Origin: Lytechinus pictus
Taxonomy: Eukaryota
Assembly: GCF_037042905.1 (NCBI RefSeq)
Contig: NC_087258.1
Location: 7,626,001-7,690,000 of the forward strand
Length of the DNA stretch: 64,000 nucleotides
Reading direction: 5' to 3'
The notes beneath the pieces were generated by a model, which was given only the letters and a program-made list of their open reading frames with translations, ran no database searches and had not been told where the DNA came from. Below, in pieces: positions 51,551-64,000 of the stretch. Every line of letters begins with the position of its first letter. Position 1 is the first letter of the stretch. Position numbers and translations under genes: made by a program.

Positions 51551-53990
51551 ATTAACATTTGTAAAAAATAATGGATCTCTAGTAGCCTATGCTGTCATGA
51601 ACGAGCATTAAAAGTTTTTTCCTTCTTCCGTAAACAAGTCCCGAAACCGAAAAATCACCTTCTTAAGTTTATGTATTCTCTTCCAACTTCTCAAAATGAT
51701 GTAATCACTTCTTTGGAAGTGTTTCTGTGATTTCTTTTTTAATTATCTGGTTGACTTCCCCATAGCATTTTTTCCTAACTTTCTTCATTAATTTTCCTAA
51801 AATTCTTATTTTCAAAACTATCCCATTTGCCCGTTATCATTCTGCTTCGTTTCTCCACTCGTTCTCTCCCACGTTCATTAATTTTCCCGACTTTTAACAC
51901 ATCTCCCCTTTTGCTATTTCTTTTCAAGAGTGATTAGTAGGCCTATACCCATACAAGAAAATCAATCTCCATTCAAGCAGGGGTAAGATTTCAGTTTGAG
52001 ATGGGATCTAGCGGCTTCTTGCGAGCAACCTACAGCATCACTCAACTCGTGTATTTGTTGCCATGGCCACAAAGCAAACTTCCCGCCAAAACAAAGTATC
52101 ATCGTCCGAGCGATCTGGTCCGAGCAGAGTTTGGAGAGGGCTATCCATTTCACTGCATCTGCCTTAATTATTTCATAACAGTGAAGTTAAACCAACAACA
52201 GCAGTGTCGGGGATAACAAGATCGCCAAATGAAAGTATAAGAACTTAGACACTTTTGTATTAGTGCCAGAAACACGTCTTTCAGAATATCGATATTTTAA
52301 TTTTTAGGTGGATATCTGATTACATTAGCATGATATGGCGTGAATCATTTGTGCAGGGAGGAGGGGGGGGGGGAGGTGGTGGTAATCTAAGACAGTGAAA
52401 CTTAAACCACGTTTAGGCTTCTCAATCGTATTTCGCAGCTACGATTCGCAAGAATAAGCGTGTTCATAAACACCCGTACAGTCACAGTAAAACCGATTTG
52501 AAAAATCCTGGTGCAGCCACTGCCGAAAAGTTGTTTCACACGACCAAGTTATATAAATGAGAGTCACTAATGCTTTGATCCATTTTGCAGGGGCGGCGCC
52601 TGGATGTGATGATGGGGGGGGGGGGCAAGACGCCCTTAAAGTGAGGTTTTTTTTTTCAACTGAATTACCGTGAGGGGTAATATTATAGTTACGCGACACA
52701 CTCCTCTCCTTTTTATACTCTTCTTTTGAGCCTTTTCTTTCTTTTATCTCCCCTTTTTGTTTTACTATTTGAAAATCATAGGGGATGGGTCGCCCTTTGC
52801 CCCCTCGTACGTAGCGCCGCCCCTGAAATCATAATGATGAGTCTTTTAATAAAAAAGATTCGTGGTTAGACCTGCACATTGTTCCACTTTCTTTCAAGGG
52901 TCATATCCATGATCCAAACCCATTCTCTTTAGACATATGTGCTCTTATTTGCGAATGATATCTTATATAGTCAGCTCAACATTTTTGAAGCTTTGTGCAT
53001 CCCGTAATATCTAAATTATGTATTGTCACGTTTTTTGTGTTTGCTTGAATTTAGAAAATCTGATTGACATTACTTGAAAGAAAACGAAACCAGCATGGTC
53101 ATGTTATCAAACCGTTTTAGACAATTCATTATTTCGTGGAAAATTTTCGAAAGTGAGGGCCAGGTACACTGGATTTAGCAACAATGTCTGAACGGTTTTA
53201 CTGAAAAGGAATAGGCAAATATTGATTACTTTCAATCTGATATGAGCAGGGGCTGTTCCAACGGGGGTGGGGAAGAGACATGGTCGTGACAAAAGGCAAA
53301 AATTGTAAACAGTCAAGAATACGCTTAGAAAAAGAGGTTCAAGTCATGTAACCCTGGTGAGGAAAGATGACGTCACCATCAGGTTTCTTGCCTCACCTCC
53401 CAACAAAATACCTAATGGTGCCCACGTTTTACGTATTTTATACAATTTTTTTTCCCGAAATATCACGTCTTCTTGTCGGCTTGGATTTTTTCTGTGTGAC
53501 TGGAGAGCACATTATACTTTTTTTCTCCCCCAACTTACCGGTCAAAGTGTAATTGACTCAAATTTGTGACAATGCATGCCGCTCTTTTTCTACTGCGAGT
53601 GCCCTTGACTACCTCATCCCCAATGGAATCAATTCAAACTGGAGCTTGTCATATTAAATCCCTTGGAATAGACATTGGAAGGGATGACTTTGATGTCGTA
53701 CATCGGCGTAGTTCAAGGGTGGGGTAGAGACATAAAAATATATTTCTTTTCAGGGGCGGCGCAATATAGGGGTGGGGTGGTCAGGGGACGACCGCCCCTT
53801 TATGATTTTCAAGTATAGTGAGAGGGGATCGAGAAGAAAAAATATAAAGAAGAGGGATAAAAGTGAAAGGTAGACGAAAGAAAAGATTGAAAGCGATGTC
53901 GATCTGTGCTGTGCATGGAACCTTATAAGATACGATGATTATGTATTTTAAGCGTGCAAAAATGAAGTCGTGCACATTTGGGTCAACCCC

Positions 53991-54386
53991 CGGTTTATTT
54001 CCAATTCTTCTTATGCCAATTCGTCCAATTGCCAACTCGTCTACTATCATTTGGTCTACCATCAGTTCGTCCACTATCCACATGGTCTAATTACCAATTC
54101 GCACACTCACCATTTCGTCTGATAACCAGTTGATCCATTTAGTCCGTGTACCATTTGGTCTAATTTGACTCAGTGTCTGTTGTACAAAATAAATTAAATG
54201 AATATTAGACCAAGTGGTTATGAGACGAAATGGTGATAAGACGAAGTGATGCATGATTGGACCAAATGGTTATTGGACCAAATGGTTGTTAGACGAAATG
54301 TTGATGGACGAAATGGCATTAGACTACATGAAAGGAGACCATGTGGTGAGTGGACGAGTTGGCAGTAGACGAATTGGCAATTTACC
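53991..54386. mobile_element. MITE-like element with internal CCAATTCGTC/GACGAA tandem motifs in inverted halves
   Basis: TTGCCAACTCGTCTACT... is inverted relative to ...AGTAGACGAATTGGCAA. Confidence 0.65.
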
Positions 54387-55075
54387 CCCCCCCCCCCACT
54401 ATAATTTCCTGGTGCCGCGACTGATTCTGCTCAAAATTACTTTGGCATCATTGATGAAAGTCATGTTGGTATCGAAATTGATATAAAATACTTTAATTTT
54501 CATATTATAGTGTTAACTTGTAAACGCCCCTGTCGTATACCGATATAAAATCGGGTTGAGGGGGGAGGGTAGTACATTTTTTAAACAACAAATGGTCACT
54601 GCAATATCCGGAAGCAATTTCAACTTGAAAAATTATCCAAATTACGTGAGGGGGCACTTTGCCCTCCCCCCCCCCCCTATGACCAGATATGCTAAGTGCC
54701 CTGCCCCCTTTTTCGGAAAAGTGAAACGACTGGCTATACGCGGTTAAGAAATGTTTCAGACCCAACCGCTCGTTTTCATGGAAAGTGAAACCACTCATAT
54801 GTTGTGCATCTCCACCCCTCTCCACAAAGGACAGGAGTACAGTGTACAACAAAGCGTTTTCATTGTATTACCATCTTGATCTAACTCCCTGAACGTATTC
54901 CTAAGTTTCGTTGATAGTTTCATCTTCATAAAGGCCCACTGCCATGAAATAAGTCAGATCAGACTCTGATTTTGACAGAACCAAGACTGCTTGAAGGGAT
55001 TTCTGGAATACGGTGTTCATGTTTCCTCATTGATCGACCAGGAATTCATTGACGATGAGTACACATGGGAAGACG

Positions 55076-55340
55076 ATGAAGGCATTCCTCGTTCTCCTGC
55101 TCACGACCATGGTCATCGACCTCCCCGACTGTGTGGACGCTAAGGGTGTGCGATCACCAACTCCCACTGACGAATTTTTGGCAAGTTTCTTCGAGCCCAG
55201 CTCCTCGGCCTCGGAGGCGAACGATGGAGAGGACGGCGGTGCATCAACGACTACGGCTACGATGGCGACAACGACAGCGTCTAGTAGTGGTATGAAGGGT
55301 CGGGATGGCGTTGTTGATCTTGTCGACCAATTAGCTGAAG
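55076..55340 (+). CDS. Secreted coiled-coil / fibrinogen-like protein, coding exon 1 (signal peptide, S/T-rich linker)
   Basis: MKAFLVLLLTTMVIDLPDCVDA signal peptide (alternative ATG at 55055). Phase-1 donor at 55340/55341, with an alternative phase-1 donor G|GTATGA at 55289. Confidence 0.75.
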
Positions 55341-56257
55341 GTGATGTTGGCTATTATATTTGTAACTTCGAATTAGTGCTGAAATTCAATCAGAGTACTA
55401 AAAACGATTGAGCATGGATGGAAAGTTATATAGAAAGATTCGAAGTCAAGGATAAAGAGAGGGGGGTGCAAATACAGACAGAGAGTGTAAGTTGCTTAAG
55501 AATGTGCGTTTCGGGGGTATTTCTAGTAGAGCATTGACACACGAATAATGATAATTATTTTGGAAAGAAAAAAAATCGAAAATGGGGTAAATATTGAATG
55601 ATCAGCAAAGGCTGGTTAAAAGTGAAAGAAAAAAAAATCATGAACGTGATAGATGTGCTCGATACCAATAATAATTGAATTCATTGCAGTAATATACCAA
55701 TTATGTACTTTCACTGTCATGATTTATTAAAAAGATTTCTTATGAATATCGCACCGGTATGTAGGCCTACTGTAATTTGTATTTGGCCTTTATTGTATTT
55801 TTGGCCCCTTTTGAATTTGAATTCAGCACACGTTGATATTATCCTCTTCCACACGGGAATATTTTATGAAATGACTTCTTGGGCGTTTTATCCGACAAGT
55901 CCCATTTTATCCTACAGTTACCATAGTAACAATGATTCATCAAAATCAAGGGAAAATGTCAGATCTAAAAACCTGTCAGACAAATATGTAGAAAAAGTAC
56001 TCCCGAAGTAAACACATCAAAATATCTAAGGATGATACTTATGAAAATAGATACATTTTCATCAATCTCTATCTTACACAGAAAATGATATTAAAATGAC
56101 GGCAGTAAATATGTGATAATGAACATGATATCATAGCCCTTTAAAAAGTGATTTGTCCCAGTTATGGGCGTCTCTGCATGGACATTTCACCAAAAAGGGT
56201 ACTAGTAGATGAACATTTTTGTAGGATTATCTTTGATTTTTTTTAATTCTCCCACAG

Positions 56258-56449
56258 AAATTGTGGACTCAGTCAAAGTTGACGAGATGCAGGAGAAGAT
56301 GACAAGATTAGAGTCTAGGGTTTCTGATCTTGAGCGATCGACTAACAAACTCAAGAAGCTAGCCCTGGCGGCAATGAGCGTAGCTCTTGCTGATGATGGC
56401 GAGACGTGTTCGGAGGCAGAAGCACTAGGTGTCCACAACTTGATGAAAG
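56258..56449 (+). CDS. Same gene, exon 2 (coiled coil)
   Basis: Acceptor CCCACAG|; VDEMQEKMTRLESRVSDLERSTNKLKKL heptads; donor G|GTATTT; phase 1-1. Confidence 0.8.
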
Positions 56450-56851
56450 GTATTTATTATTTTATTTATTTCCGGTATTAACCTATTAAATACTAAATTT
56501 AGATATTCCCATTGACTTTGAAGGGGCAATGTTTGGTTCCAGTAGTAAATGGGCTAAATAATCAGGGTAGCCCCTGTCACAACCGATATCTCACACCAAC
56601 GCATAATGTCGCAGTCAACGCATATTGTCGTTACTTTTCTAACGCATAACGTCACATGTCGCAACGCATACTGTCGCAGCGAAAATTTCTAATGCATGTC
56701 ACACGTCACAACGCATAATGTCACAGCGGTATTTGCTCCAGGACTCGATAAGATAATATTATAAAACATGTTTCACGCAGTATTTTGTTCAAGTTCATTC
56801 ATCCGAACGTTTTTTAGAGTGTGTGTAAGGGTGTGTTGGAATGCATGGTTG

Positions 56852-57029
56852 NNNNNNNNNNNNNNNNNNNNNNNNNNNNNNNNNNNNNNNNNNNNNNNNN
56901 NNNNNNNNNNNNNNNNNNNNNNNNNNNNNNNNNNNNNNNNNNNNNNNNNNNNNNNNNNNNNNNNNNNNNNNNNNNNNNNNNNNNNNNNNNNNNNNNNNNN
57001 NNNNNNNNNNNNNNNNNNNNNNNNNNNNN
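56852..57029. other. Assembly gap (N run)
   Basis: Ns. Confidence 1.
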
Positions 57030-58255
57030 GATGTGTGAGTGTGTGTGTGGATATATAATTACTTCAACATATTTCACCATTTCACTACATTTCTTTCACA
57101 ATATACTTTGTTTAACTGTTTTTTTTTTTTTTTTACAATTGAGAAAAAGTGAGTATACACCCTGTAGGTTCACTCCTCGTGTGGGACGGCCGATTGTACC
57201 TTATATCATTCTCTTTTCCAGGCTTTCAATTGTGAAATATTGGTTTGTAATGGCAATATAATTAATTTTCTCAACCCGGACCTAATGATGATGTATTATG
57301 TGTATTTTAACGAAATTTCTCCATTCTAATCTAATCTCTGACGTACGCGAGTGTTGATTCCACGGGCGTAAATCCAGGGGATTGGGGGATATATGTTCAT
57401 TCATTTTTCGGAGAAGGGAATGGCCTGTGTAATCATCCCCAAAAAAATTACCGTCGAACATCACAATAAATTATGATAAATTATAATGATTAATAATAAT
57501 TATAATAAAAACAATAATATTGATATCAGATGATAATAATGATGATAATAATAATTATGAAAGTAGAATTTCAATTGATCCAGCGGGACCGAAGGGTCCG
57601 CCCCTTTCCCCTTATTGGCGACACAAAGAAGATAAAGGGGGAGTAAAGGGGGAAAGGAGGTGAGAAGAAAAAAAAAGAGTTAAACTAAGAGGGAGAAGGC
57701 AAGTGAATAAAACATGGTGAGGGAAAGACGTGGAAAATGAAAATTCTTCCATGTATCATATAAAGATTTTCGGCTCGACTCTGCGCTTGTATAATTTAAT
57801 TAGGAAGATATCCATCATTTTCATGATTACTAAACGAGCTCAGAATGCCCCGTTTGTTTCTAGGTCAAATTCTTGGTCTAGATTTGTAAAAAAAAAAACA
57901 GTTCTCGCTTTACGCCCGTATTGTTTGTTGAGTAACTTTGAAATCTGCAGTTTCAAATCGGAATTTTCAGCCCGCGCTTTACGTTTGCATAGTTCATTTA
58001 AGAAGAAAATCGTTCTTTTCAATGTTACAAAATATAAATAAGTGTTCTTTTTGTAAAAAAAAATCAGATTAATCATCTTGTTTGTAAGAATAAAGCCAAT
58101 AAATCACTAATGGGATTACCCCTTCAGAGAAACCAACAAAAACAACTCTTTGCGGCCGATTTGGTTAAAATTTGTGGATAAAAACGTTTTTCCACCCTAC
58201 CCCTATTGTCGAAAACTGGATCTGCCCCTGACAGTATTGCTACTACTACTACTTC

Positions 58256-58443
58256 NNNNNNNNNNNNNNNNNNNNNNNNNNNNNNNNNNNNNNNNNNNNN
58301 NNNNNNNNNNNNNNNNNNNNNNNNNNNNNNNNNNNNNNNNNNNNNNNNNNNNNNNNNNNNNNNNNNNNNNNNNNNNNNNNNNNNNNNNNNNNNNNNNNNN
58401 NNNNNNNNNNNNNNNNNNNNNNNNNNNNNNNNNNNNNNNNNNN
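58256..58443. other. Assembly gap (N run)
   Basis: Ns. Confidence 1.
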
Positions 58444-58580
58444 TGATTAGCCCATTGGCAATTAGTAAATGGCAATTGGCTACCCTGATTGCGAAATGAT
58501 CTGGGATACGATTTACACCGATATTGCACAAAAAGTAACATCTATAAATATTATTTTGTGGTTCGATAAAGGATTCCCAG

Positions 58581-58744
58581 CTATGACATTTAGTCCATCC
58601 CAGTCGTCACCGACCACCAGTCTCCATCAATATTGCGATGATCTAGGTACGTCCATGAAGCCAGCGGTCTCCTGCAACCAGCTCAAACTGACTTGTAACA
58701 AACCATCCGGACACTACTACTTGGAAAACGGATATTTCACAGAG
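58581..58744 (+). CDS. Same gene, exon 3 (start of fibrinogen-like N-subdomain)
   Basis: Phase-1 acceptor at 58580 (alternative 58571); LGTSMKPAVSCNQLKLTCNKPSGHYYL; donor GAG|GTACGA, phase 0. Confidence 0.8.
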
Positions 58745-59028
58745 GTACGAGAAACTTTTACAATGATTTTTAAAAATTTGCAATGTTATAGGAAGATATG
58801 GAAAGTTCAAGAAAATTGCTGAAGGCTCCACAAGGATGTTGCGTATAACTTCCAGACCTTGCGAATTTCTGCAACTTATCCAACTTGATGAAAACATTGA
58901 CAGTGTTGAAGGAGTTATGGAAAGTTCTTGCTTCGGATGCAGTACTTTCAGCAGCATATTAATGTCATCCGTGAATATCAAAATAAAAAAGTTAACGCTT
59001 TGTAATATACTATGTTCAATTTCGACAG

Positions 59029-59219
59029 GTTTTCTGTGAGATGGAATTGTTTGGGGGCGGATGGGCCAGGTATGGTAAGGCGGGTAAACAGAACGTATGG
59101 AACTTCATCGACGAAGACCTAATTGAAGTACGACTACAGGTTATGGAGCCATCAGACATAAAGGAAATGATAGATATGAAGTATAATACATTCAAGATCC
59201 ACACAGATGTCACATTCAG
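59029..59219 (+). CDS. Same gene, exon 4
   Basis: Acceptor CGACAG|; VFCEMELFGGGW (FReD motif VxCxM..xGGW); donor AG|GTAATG, phase 2. Confidence 0.85.
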
Positions 59220-59886
59220 GTAATGGAAGAAGGAATGGAGAGAGAGAGAGGGGGGGGGGTAGATAGGGGCGGGGGTATGCAGATTTGAAGGAAATTATAC
59301 TACTGGAAGCACTTTGCTTATCCCCATATTTGGTTTGAAAAGCATTCTCTCGTAAACGGTTTGATTCGGGATTTTCCCCAATATGGGCCACATTATTCTC
59401 TGCCATTTATTTGAAAGTACCCGGGACACCATGCACCCCCAAAGGGTTTTTACTCCAAATTTGATTATTCCTCTGAAATCTTTTTTCGTTCATAAAAGTT
59501 ATAAGTGGGGGTTAGAACCCTTCTACCCGATAACTTCCACGGAATCATTCTGGTTATCATTCAAGTAATATTTATGCGACGGGGCGTAGTTGATGACCTC
59601 CTCCACCCCCAGGACAATGTTTTTTCTCAATTAAAAAACTACAACATTGCTCTCAAGAAAACAAGTGAACACTTAGTCGGAGAGGGGCATTTTTAACATA
59701 TGTTGGAAGCTGGGAGTGGACGTGGCCCTGTGCTGCTGTGCCCTTTGATCTGTCACTACTCACGTTGGTCTATATAATTAGTCGATTTCCTCCCCTTACC
59801 ATTTTCGGATTGGGCCGGTCAGTTGGATCTTTCAACATTATCTTTTCTTATTGAAGCTCTATATATTTCACATATTTCTCATGAAG

Positions 59887-60014
59887 CGTTCAAGCGGATG
59901 ACAGCACGAACCCATCCCGTATCCACGCCCGAATCCTTCCTTGGTTTAACCGTGCCCCTTTCTACATCGATGGATTCGGAGAGAACTTCACCAGGCTTGA
60001 ATTCCTACCAGGAG
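59887..60014 (+). CDS. Same gene, exon 5
   Basis: Acceptor TGAAG|, phase 2; SVQADDSTNPSRIHARILPWFNRAPFYIDGFGENFTRLEFLPG; donor G|GTGGGT, phase 1. Confidence 0.7.
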
Positions 60015-60032
60015 GTGGGTTGTATATTAGAG

Positions 60033-60455
60033 GGTTCCATGATATTTGCTCCGGCGACAATTGCTCCGCTGTAAATTTCACACACTAACGAAATTACCAA
60101 ATTCAACCCCCGGGATTTAACCCTTGATGTGTACTCTACCCTATCATAACCCCCGGGCATAAACTAGTCTGCAGGCACAGACCCTGATTGAAACTTTGAT
60201 CAACAAGTGAGTCTCCACGCAAAGACTAGCACATACAAAACTTGCTGTGTCAATACCTGAGCGAGAGGGCCTTCAGTACACAAGGCATGAGTAGGCTGCA
60301 ATTCAGACCCTTTACTCGAGTGAAGGGTTTGCCCAGCAGACTAGGCATAAACCCCGGTCATAAATCTAATATAAAACCCTATTGCAACCCTAACCCTATA
60401 TCTTATACCAACTAAACCCGGAACAATTGTCGCCGGAGCGAATGTCGTGTCACCG
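60033..60455. mobile_element. MITE (TTTGCTCCGGCGACAATTG TIR) carrying a nested second MITE at ~60164-60344
   Basis: Outer inverted repeats; the inner CTAGTCTG...CAGACTAG is flanked by a GCATAAA duplication. Confidence 0.65.
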
Positions 60456-60699
60456 AATAGGGCCTACAGATTGCATTTATAATTGTCAAGAAAGGAAAGC
60501 CAGTAAAATAAGGAAGAAGGGAAGAAGAACAGGATGGTTAGATATCGAGAAGGGCAAAGGTGTGGGTGAAGAAAATGAAGGATAGCAATAGAGGAAGAGG
60601 GGCGGAAAGGGACAGAGAGAAAGAAAAAAAAAGAGGTAGAGAGAGTAAACATTTGCAGGGAGGAGAGAGAGAGATAGTGTGTGTGAAACATATCAAAAT

Positions 60700-60830
60700 G
60701 GTGCCGTGGCCGAGTGGTCTAAGGCGCCTGGCTATACATATAACGTCCGGGGTTCGATCCCCGGCCGCGGCACCTATGCCCGTGGGCAAAGCATTTAATG
60801 TACAATGCTCTTTTAGCTTGCTTTCAAATA
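60700..60830 (+). mobile_element. tRNA-derived SINE head
   Basis: GTGGCCGAGTGGTCTAAGGCGC A-box and GGGGTTCGATCCCC B-box, followed by a SINE-like GCCCGTGGGCAAAGCATTT. No proper anticodon arm. Confidence 0.7.
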
Positions 60831-61137
60831 AATGGAAATGCTATATGCATTATTGGTATTAACTTGGTGTGCACTTGTTAAAAATATATATATATCGAGG
60901 CTATGGGTACTTGTATAGGGGCGGATAAGAGAAGGGGGTAAAATGAAACTTGCCACGAGGCCCAACTTAATTATCATTCTTATTTCATTATAAATTATCT
61001 TCAAATTTTTTACAATTTCTCTTCTCTGGTGGGGAACCAAATATAATTTTGTTTTATTTGATGGCCTTTGACTTGCTTGGAAGTAAATGTCAGGTACATC
61101 ACTGGGTCTCCACGGTCAACCTTTGATCTGTCTTTGG

Positions 61138-61342
61138 CAGTGGCGTACCTAGGATTTTCCACAGGGGGGGGGGCAAATTCATCCGCCAAAAAATTTGACA
61201 AGCAAAAAAAAAAAAAAAGGTCTTCAACCACAAATAAAGGATATCGTCCGCAAAAAAAAGAAAAAGAAAAAAAAAGAGTCTTGGGGGGGGGGGGGCAGTC
61301 TGCCCCCTCTGCCCCCCCCCCCCCACCGTAGGTACGCTAGTG
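61138..61342. mobile_element. hAT-type MITE with 8-bp TSD
   Basis: CAGTGGCGTACCTA...TAGGTACGCTAGTG flanked by GTCTTTGG at 61130-61137 and 61343-61350. Confidence 0.85.
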
Positions 61343-61428
61343 GTCTTTGGGGTAAAATATTTCCCATAGATCAAATAACATGTTTTGCTTATCGATTTGA
61401 ATATCTTTCTCTTTTATTTTTTTCCAAG

Positions 61429-61643
61429 GTAATCGGATAACCTGTCGTAACACTGCTGGCACATCGCACAAGTGTGGATGGGGTGAAGTTCCAAAACCCA
61501 ATGAGGCATCGGAACAGGTCTTGATCGAGTCCGTCTACTTTGGTCCAAGATCAACATCCAACGGTGCCATGACGTATATGGGGTCCTGGCAGTCCAACAA
61601 ATACACTTGGAATGGGTCCTATTACTACGTCTATGCAAAATAG
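61429..61643 (+). CDS. Same fibrinogen-like gene, terminal exon 6
   Basis: Polypyrimidine tract and CCAAG|, phase 1; GNRITCRNTAGTSHKCGWG...WNGSYYYVYAK*. The six exons sum to ~1155 nt (~384 aa). Confidence 0.75.
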
Positions 61644-62432
61644 TTTGCTGAATACAATTAAAAAAAAGCACAACCATGACAGTTTTGTTTTTTTTTTTTG
61701 AAAATTGTATTTCCTCTCTACTGTATTCATCACAGAGTTCATCATGTAGTTCAGATGCGGCGCAATGGTATTTTAATGAGGCTGATCATTGAATAAAATG
61801 TCACTTTTATAGTTACATTAGTTACCCAGCAAATTTGTTACAAAACTCACGTTCGTTACTTTCTTTCATTTCTGTACTTTTTTCATAGGAGGTGCAGCCA
61901 CCCCCTTCCCCAAAGTGGCATCTCTCATGTTTGTAGCACGAATAAAATTGTCCCCCATATTTCATTCTTATAATGACTCTTTTGAAACTTTTTAAAAATT
62001 ATTCTTAAGAATGTACTATATCTGTTTTCTTCATCTTTCTCCCGATCATCCCATTTCCCTCCTTTTTCTTTTCTCATGCTATCTAACTTCCTGTTATTAA
62101 ATTTTGTTAATCAATTCAATTTCTTTCTCTCTCTCTCTCTTTTATTTCATATTCATGTGTCTATTATCATCCATTTTCACATACCAACACTTTTTACTTG
62201 ATTATAACCTTTGATTGTAACCTTTTTCTTCCTATCATGTCCCATCTCTTCCTCATCTTTGCATTCTTCAATTTTGGATATCTTTTAAAAAAATCAATAA
62301 TTCCATTATAGTCTCTCTCTCCCTCTAATCACCACTGTCTTTCCACATCCCATCCTTTCATCCTGCTTTTCCTATACCCCTACTTTTCCCCACTACAACC
62401 TCCACTTTCCAGAGTATGAATTAAACAGATCT

Positions 62433-62703
62433 GGGCCCTGTCTTACAAAGACTTACGATTGATCCGATCAAACACAACTATGGACGGCCAACAATGTCAA
62501 CATCTAAAATGCAAACTTGTTCAAAATTTTTCTAGATATGATGTACATTCATACATTCATTGTTCTCTTGAAAATTCAGTGTGATTCTCTTTGTTTACTT
62601 AGAAGATTGTGCAAAGTTCTTGTAGAAAAATTTATGCTATGGATTGATTTCCATACAGTTGAGACTGATTGGATCAATCGTAACTCTTTGTGAGACGGGG
62701 CCC
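62433..62703. mobile_element. MITE family A copy
   Basis: GGGCCCTGTCTTACAAAG...CTTTGTGAGACGGGGCCC. Confidence 0.8.
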
Positions 62704-64000
62704 TGTAAAATATTTTAAAATATATGTTTCATTATTTTTGTTTCAGTATTTACTTGTTATGCAAATTAATTGCCATTACCTTGATGTACTAGATACGAAA
62801 TTCAAACAGAATAAATGCTGAATTAAAAGATTTGCATATTTGTTTTGGCATGATTTATTACAAAGAGCAAAATACAGAAGTATATTCATATACCTTGGCC
62901 TATAATGTGTAAATACAAAAGAAGAAAAATTTAGGTACAGAATTTTAAGAGTAGATTCATCAAAGTCTGCACTCCAGTGATAGCCATGAATATCATATGC
63001 CTCACTTGTATATTGATTGGTTAATAATTCATAAAATTACAATCAAATTCATGAAAAGCAGCATGTACATGAGAAAAATATCCCTGAAAAGGACCATAAA
63101 ATTTATGGTCCTTTTCTGGGATATGAAACAAATGCTGCAAGATAGCACTGGACAGAAACAGATGGAAAACCATGACATCCAACCTCTTTAAAGAGAAGGA
63201 ACAGTGGTAAGGTAAGGTTTCTATGTATACGGCTGTGTAAGAAAACAATGATTATTCATGAAGCCCATTATTCATTAAACAAGGGGTTGCTGCAGATAAG
63301 AGAATGAATTGTTGTCATTCTGAACAGTCCGACTGCCAAAAAATTACTTTTTTTCATGATTTTCAAAGAGAACATCAGTTATGGCTTATTAACAATATGC
63401 TATTTGCTTGTGAAGTACAAAGAAATATTTTGTTTCAAATAGAGTATTCTTGATCAAGGAATCATAATTCATACAGAACAAGTACTAACTTGGCCTTCCC
63501 ATGTCAAATAATTATCACAAAAGATTACACTATCATTGTTACCATAAACAGTCCCACAAAGCTTTCAGAATGTTTAAGGCTATTTTGGAAGGTTTAGTAA
63601 GTGTGGGATTGAACTTAATTTTTGATACCATGATAGTACAATATCTAATGAATGGAGTGAGATCATTTAAGACCAAGACTGAGGTTATAGATATCCAACA
63701 TTCTCGTTCCAATATCTAAAAAAAAGGCATCTTCTGACACTTCATGAGTGGCCTCTGACGGAAGAAAACCAATGCTTTATCGCCATCTCCACAGGGAAGT
63801 CCATTCCTGTACGGGATCTAATTTTGGGGGGCATGGCTTCTGACTGAAGAATTAAGAAAACCAAGGTGTTATCACCAGTTCCTGAGGGAAGTCATTCCTG
63901 AAAGGGATTAGTTCTTTTAACCCATTGCCTACTGGAACCGACTGATTCCTGTACAAAGTCTATTTGAAAATTAAGAATACAGTTGCCAACGGGTTAAAAG

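Noticed and set aside
36798-58541. ORFs spanning N runs
   Set aside because: They are artefacts of assembly gaps.
60100-60420. Interstitial telomere (TAACCC motifs)
   Set aside because: Only scattered hexamers inside a MITE, not an array.
60700-60775. tRNA gene
   Set aside because: A and B boxes are present, but the anticodon arm is not formed and a SINE-type body follows.

Overview
AT-rich, intron- and repeat-rich animal genomic DNA. It is most likely echinoderm/sea-urchin, inferred from the gene families and repeat types, not proven. There are three assembly gaps. Three intact spliced genes can be assembled by hand. (1) A 5-exon, ~673-aa two-TM guanylyl cyclase with an NIT (nitrate/nitrite-sensor)-like ectodomain and no kinase-homology domain (NIT-GC; + strand, 13300-34533). 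(2) An 866-aa secreted protein encoded by one coding exon (- strand, 40303-42903). It has Gln-rich, Glu/Ala-acidic and Gly-rich repeat tracts fused to what looks like a catalytically dead AID/APOBEC/SNAD-type deaminase fold plus a Cys-rich helical tail; this is the most unusual object in the window. (3) A 6-exon secreted coiled-coil protein with a fibrinogen-like N-subdomain and a divergent C-terminus (+ strand, ~55076-61643). The window also holds an internally deleted, frameshifted cytochrome P450 pseudogene, a 5'-truncated CR1/L2-group LINE with a target-site duplication, an RTE-type LINE relic, Helentron-like (HINE) repeats, tRNA-derived SINEs, many MITEs and microsatellites. A (TTCAAA)n retro-insertion has duplicated the exon-1 splice donor of the cyclase gene. 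All domain calls come from reading motifs by eye; no database searches were run.
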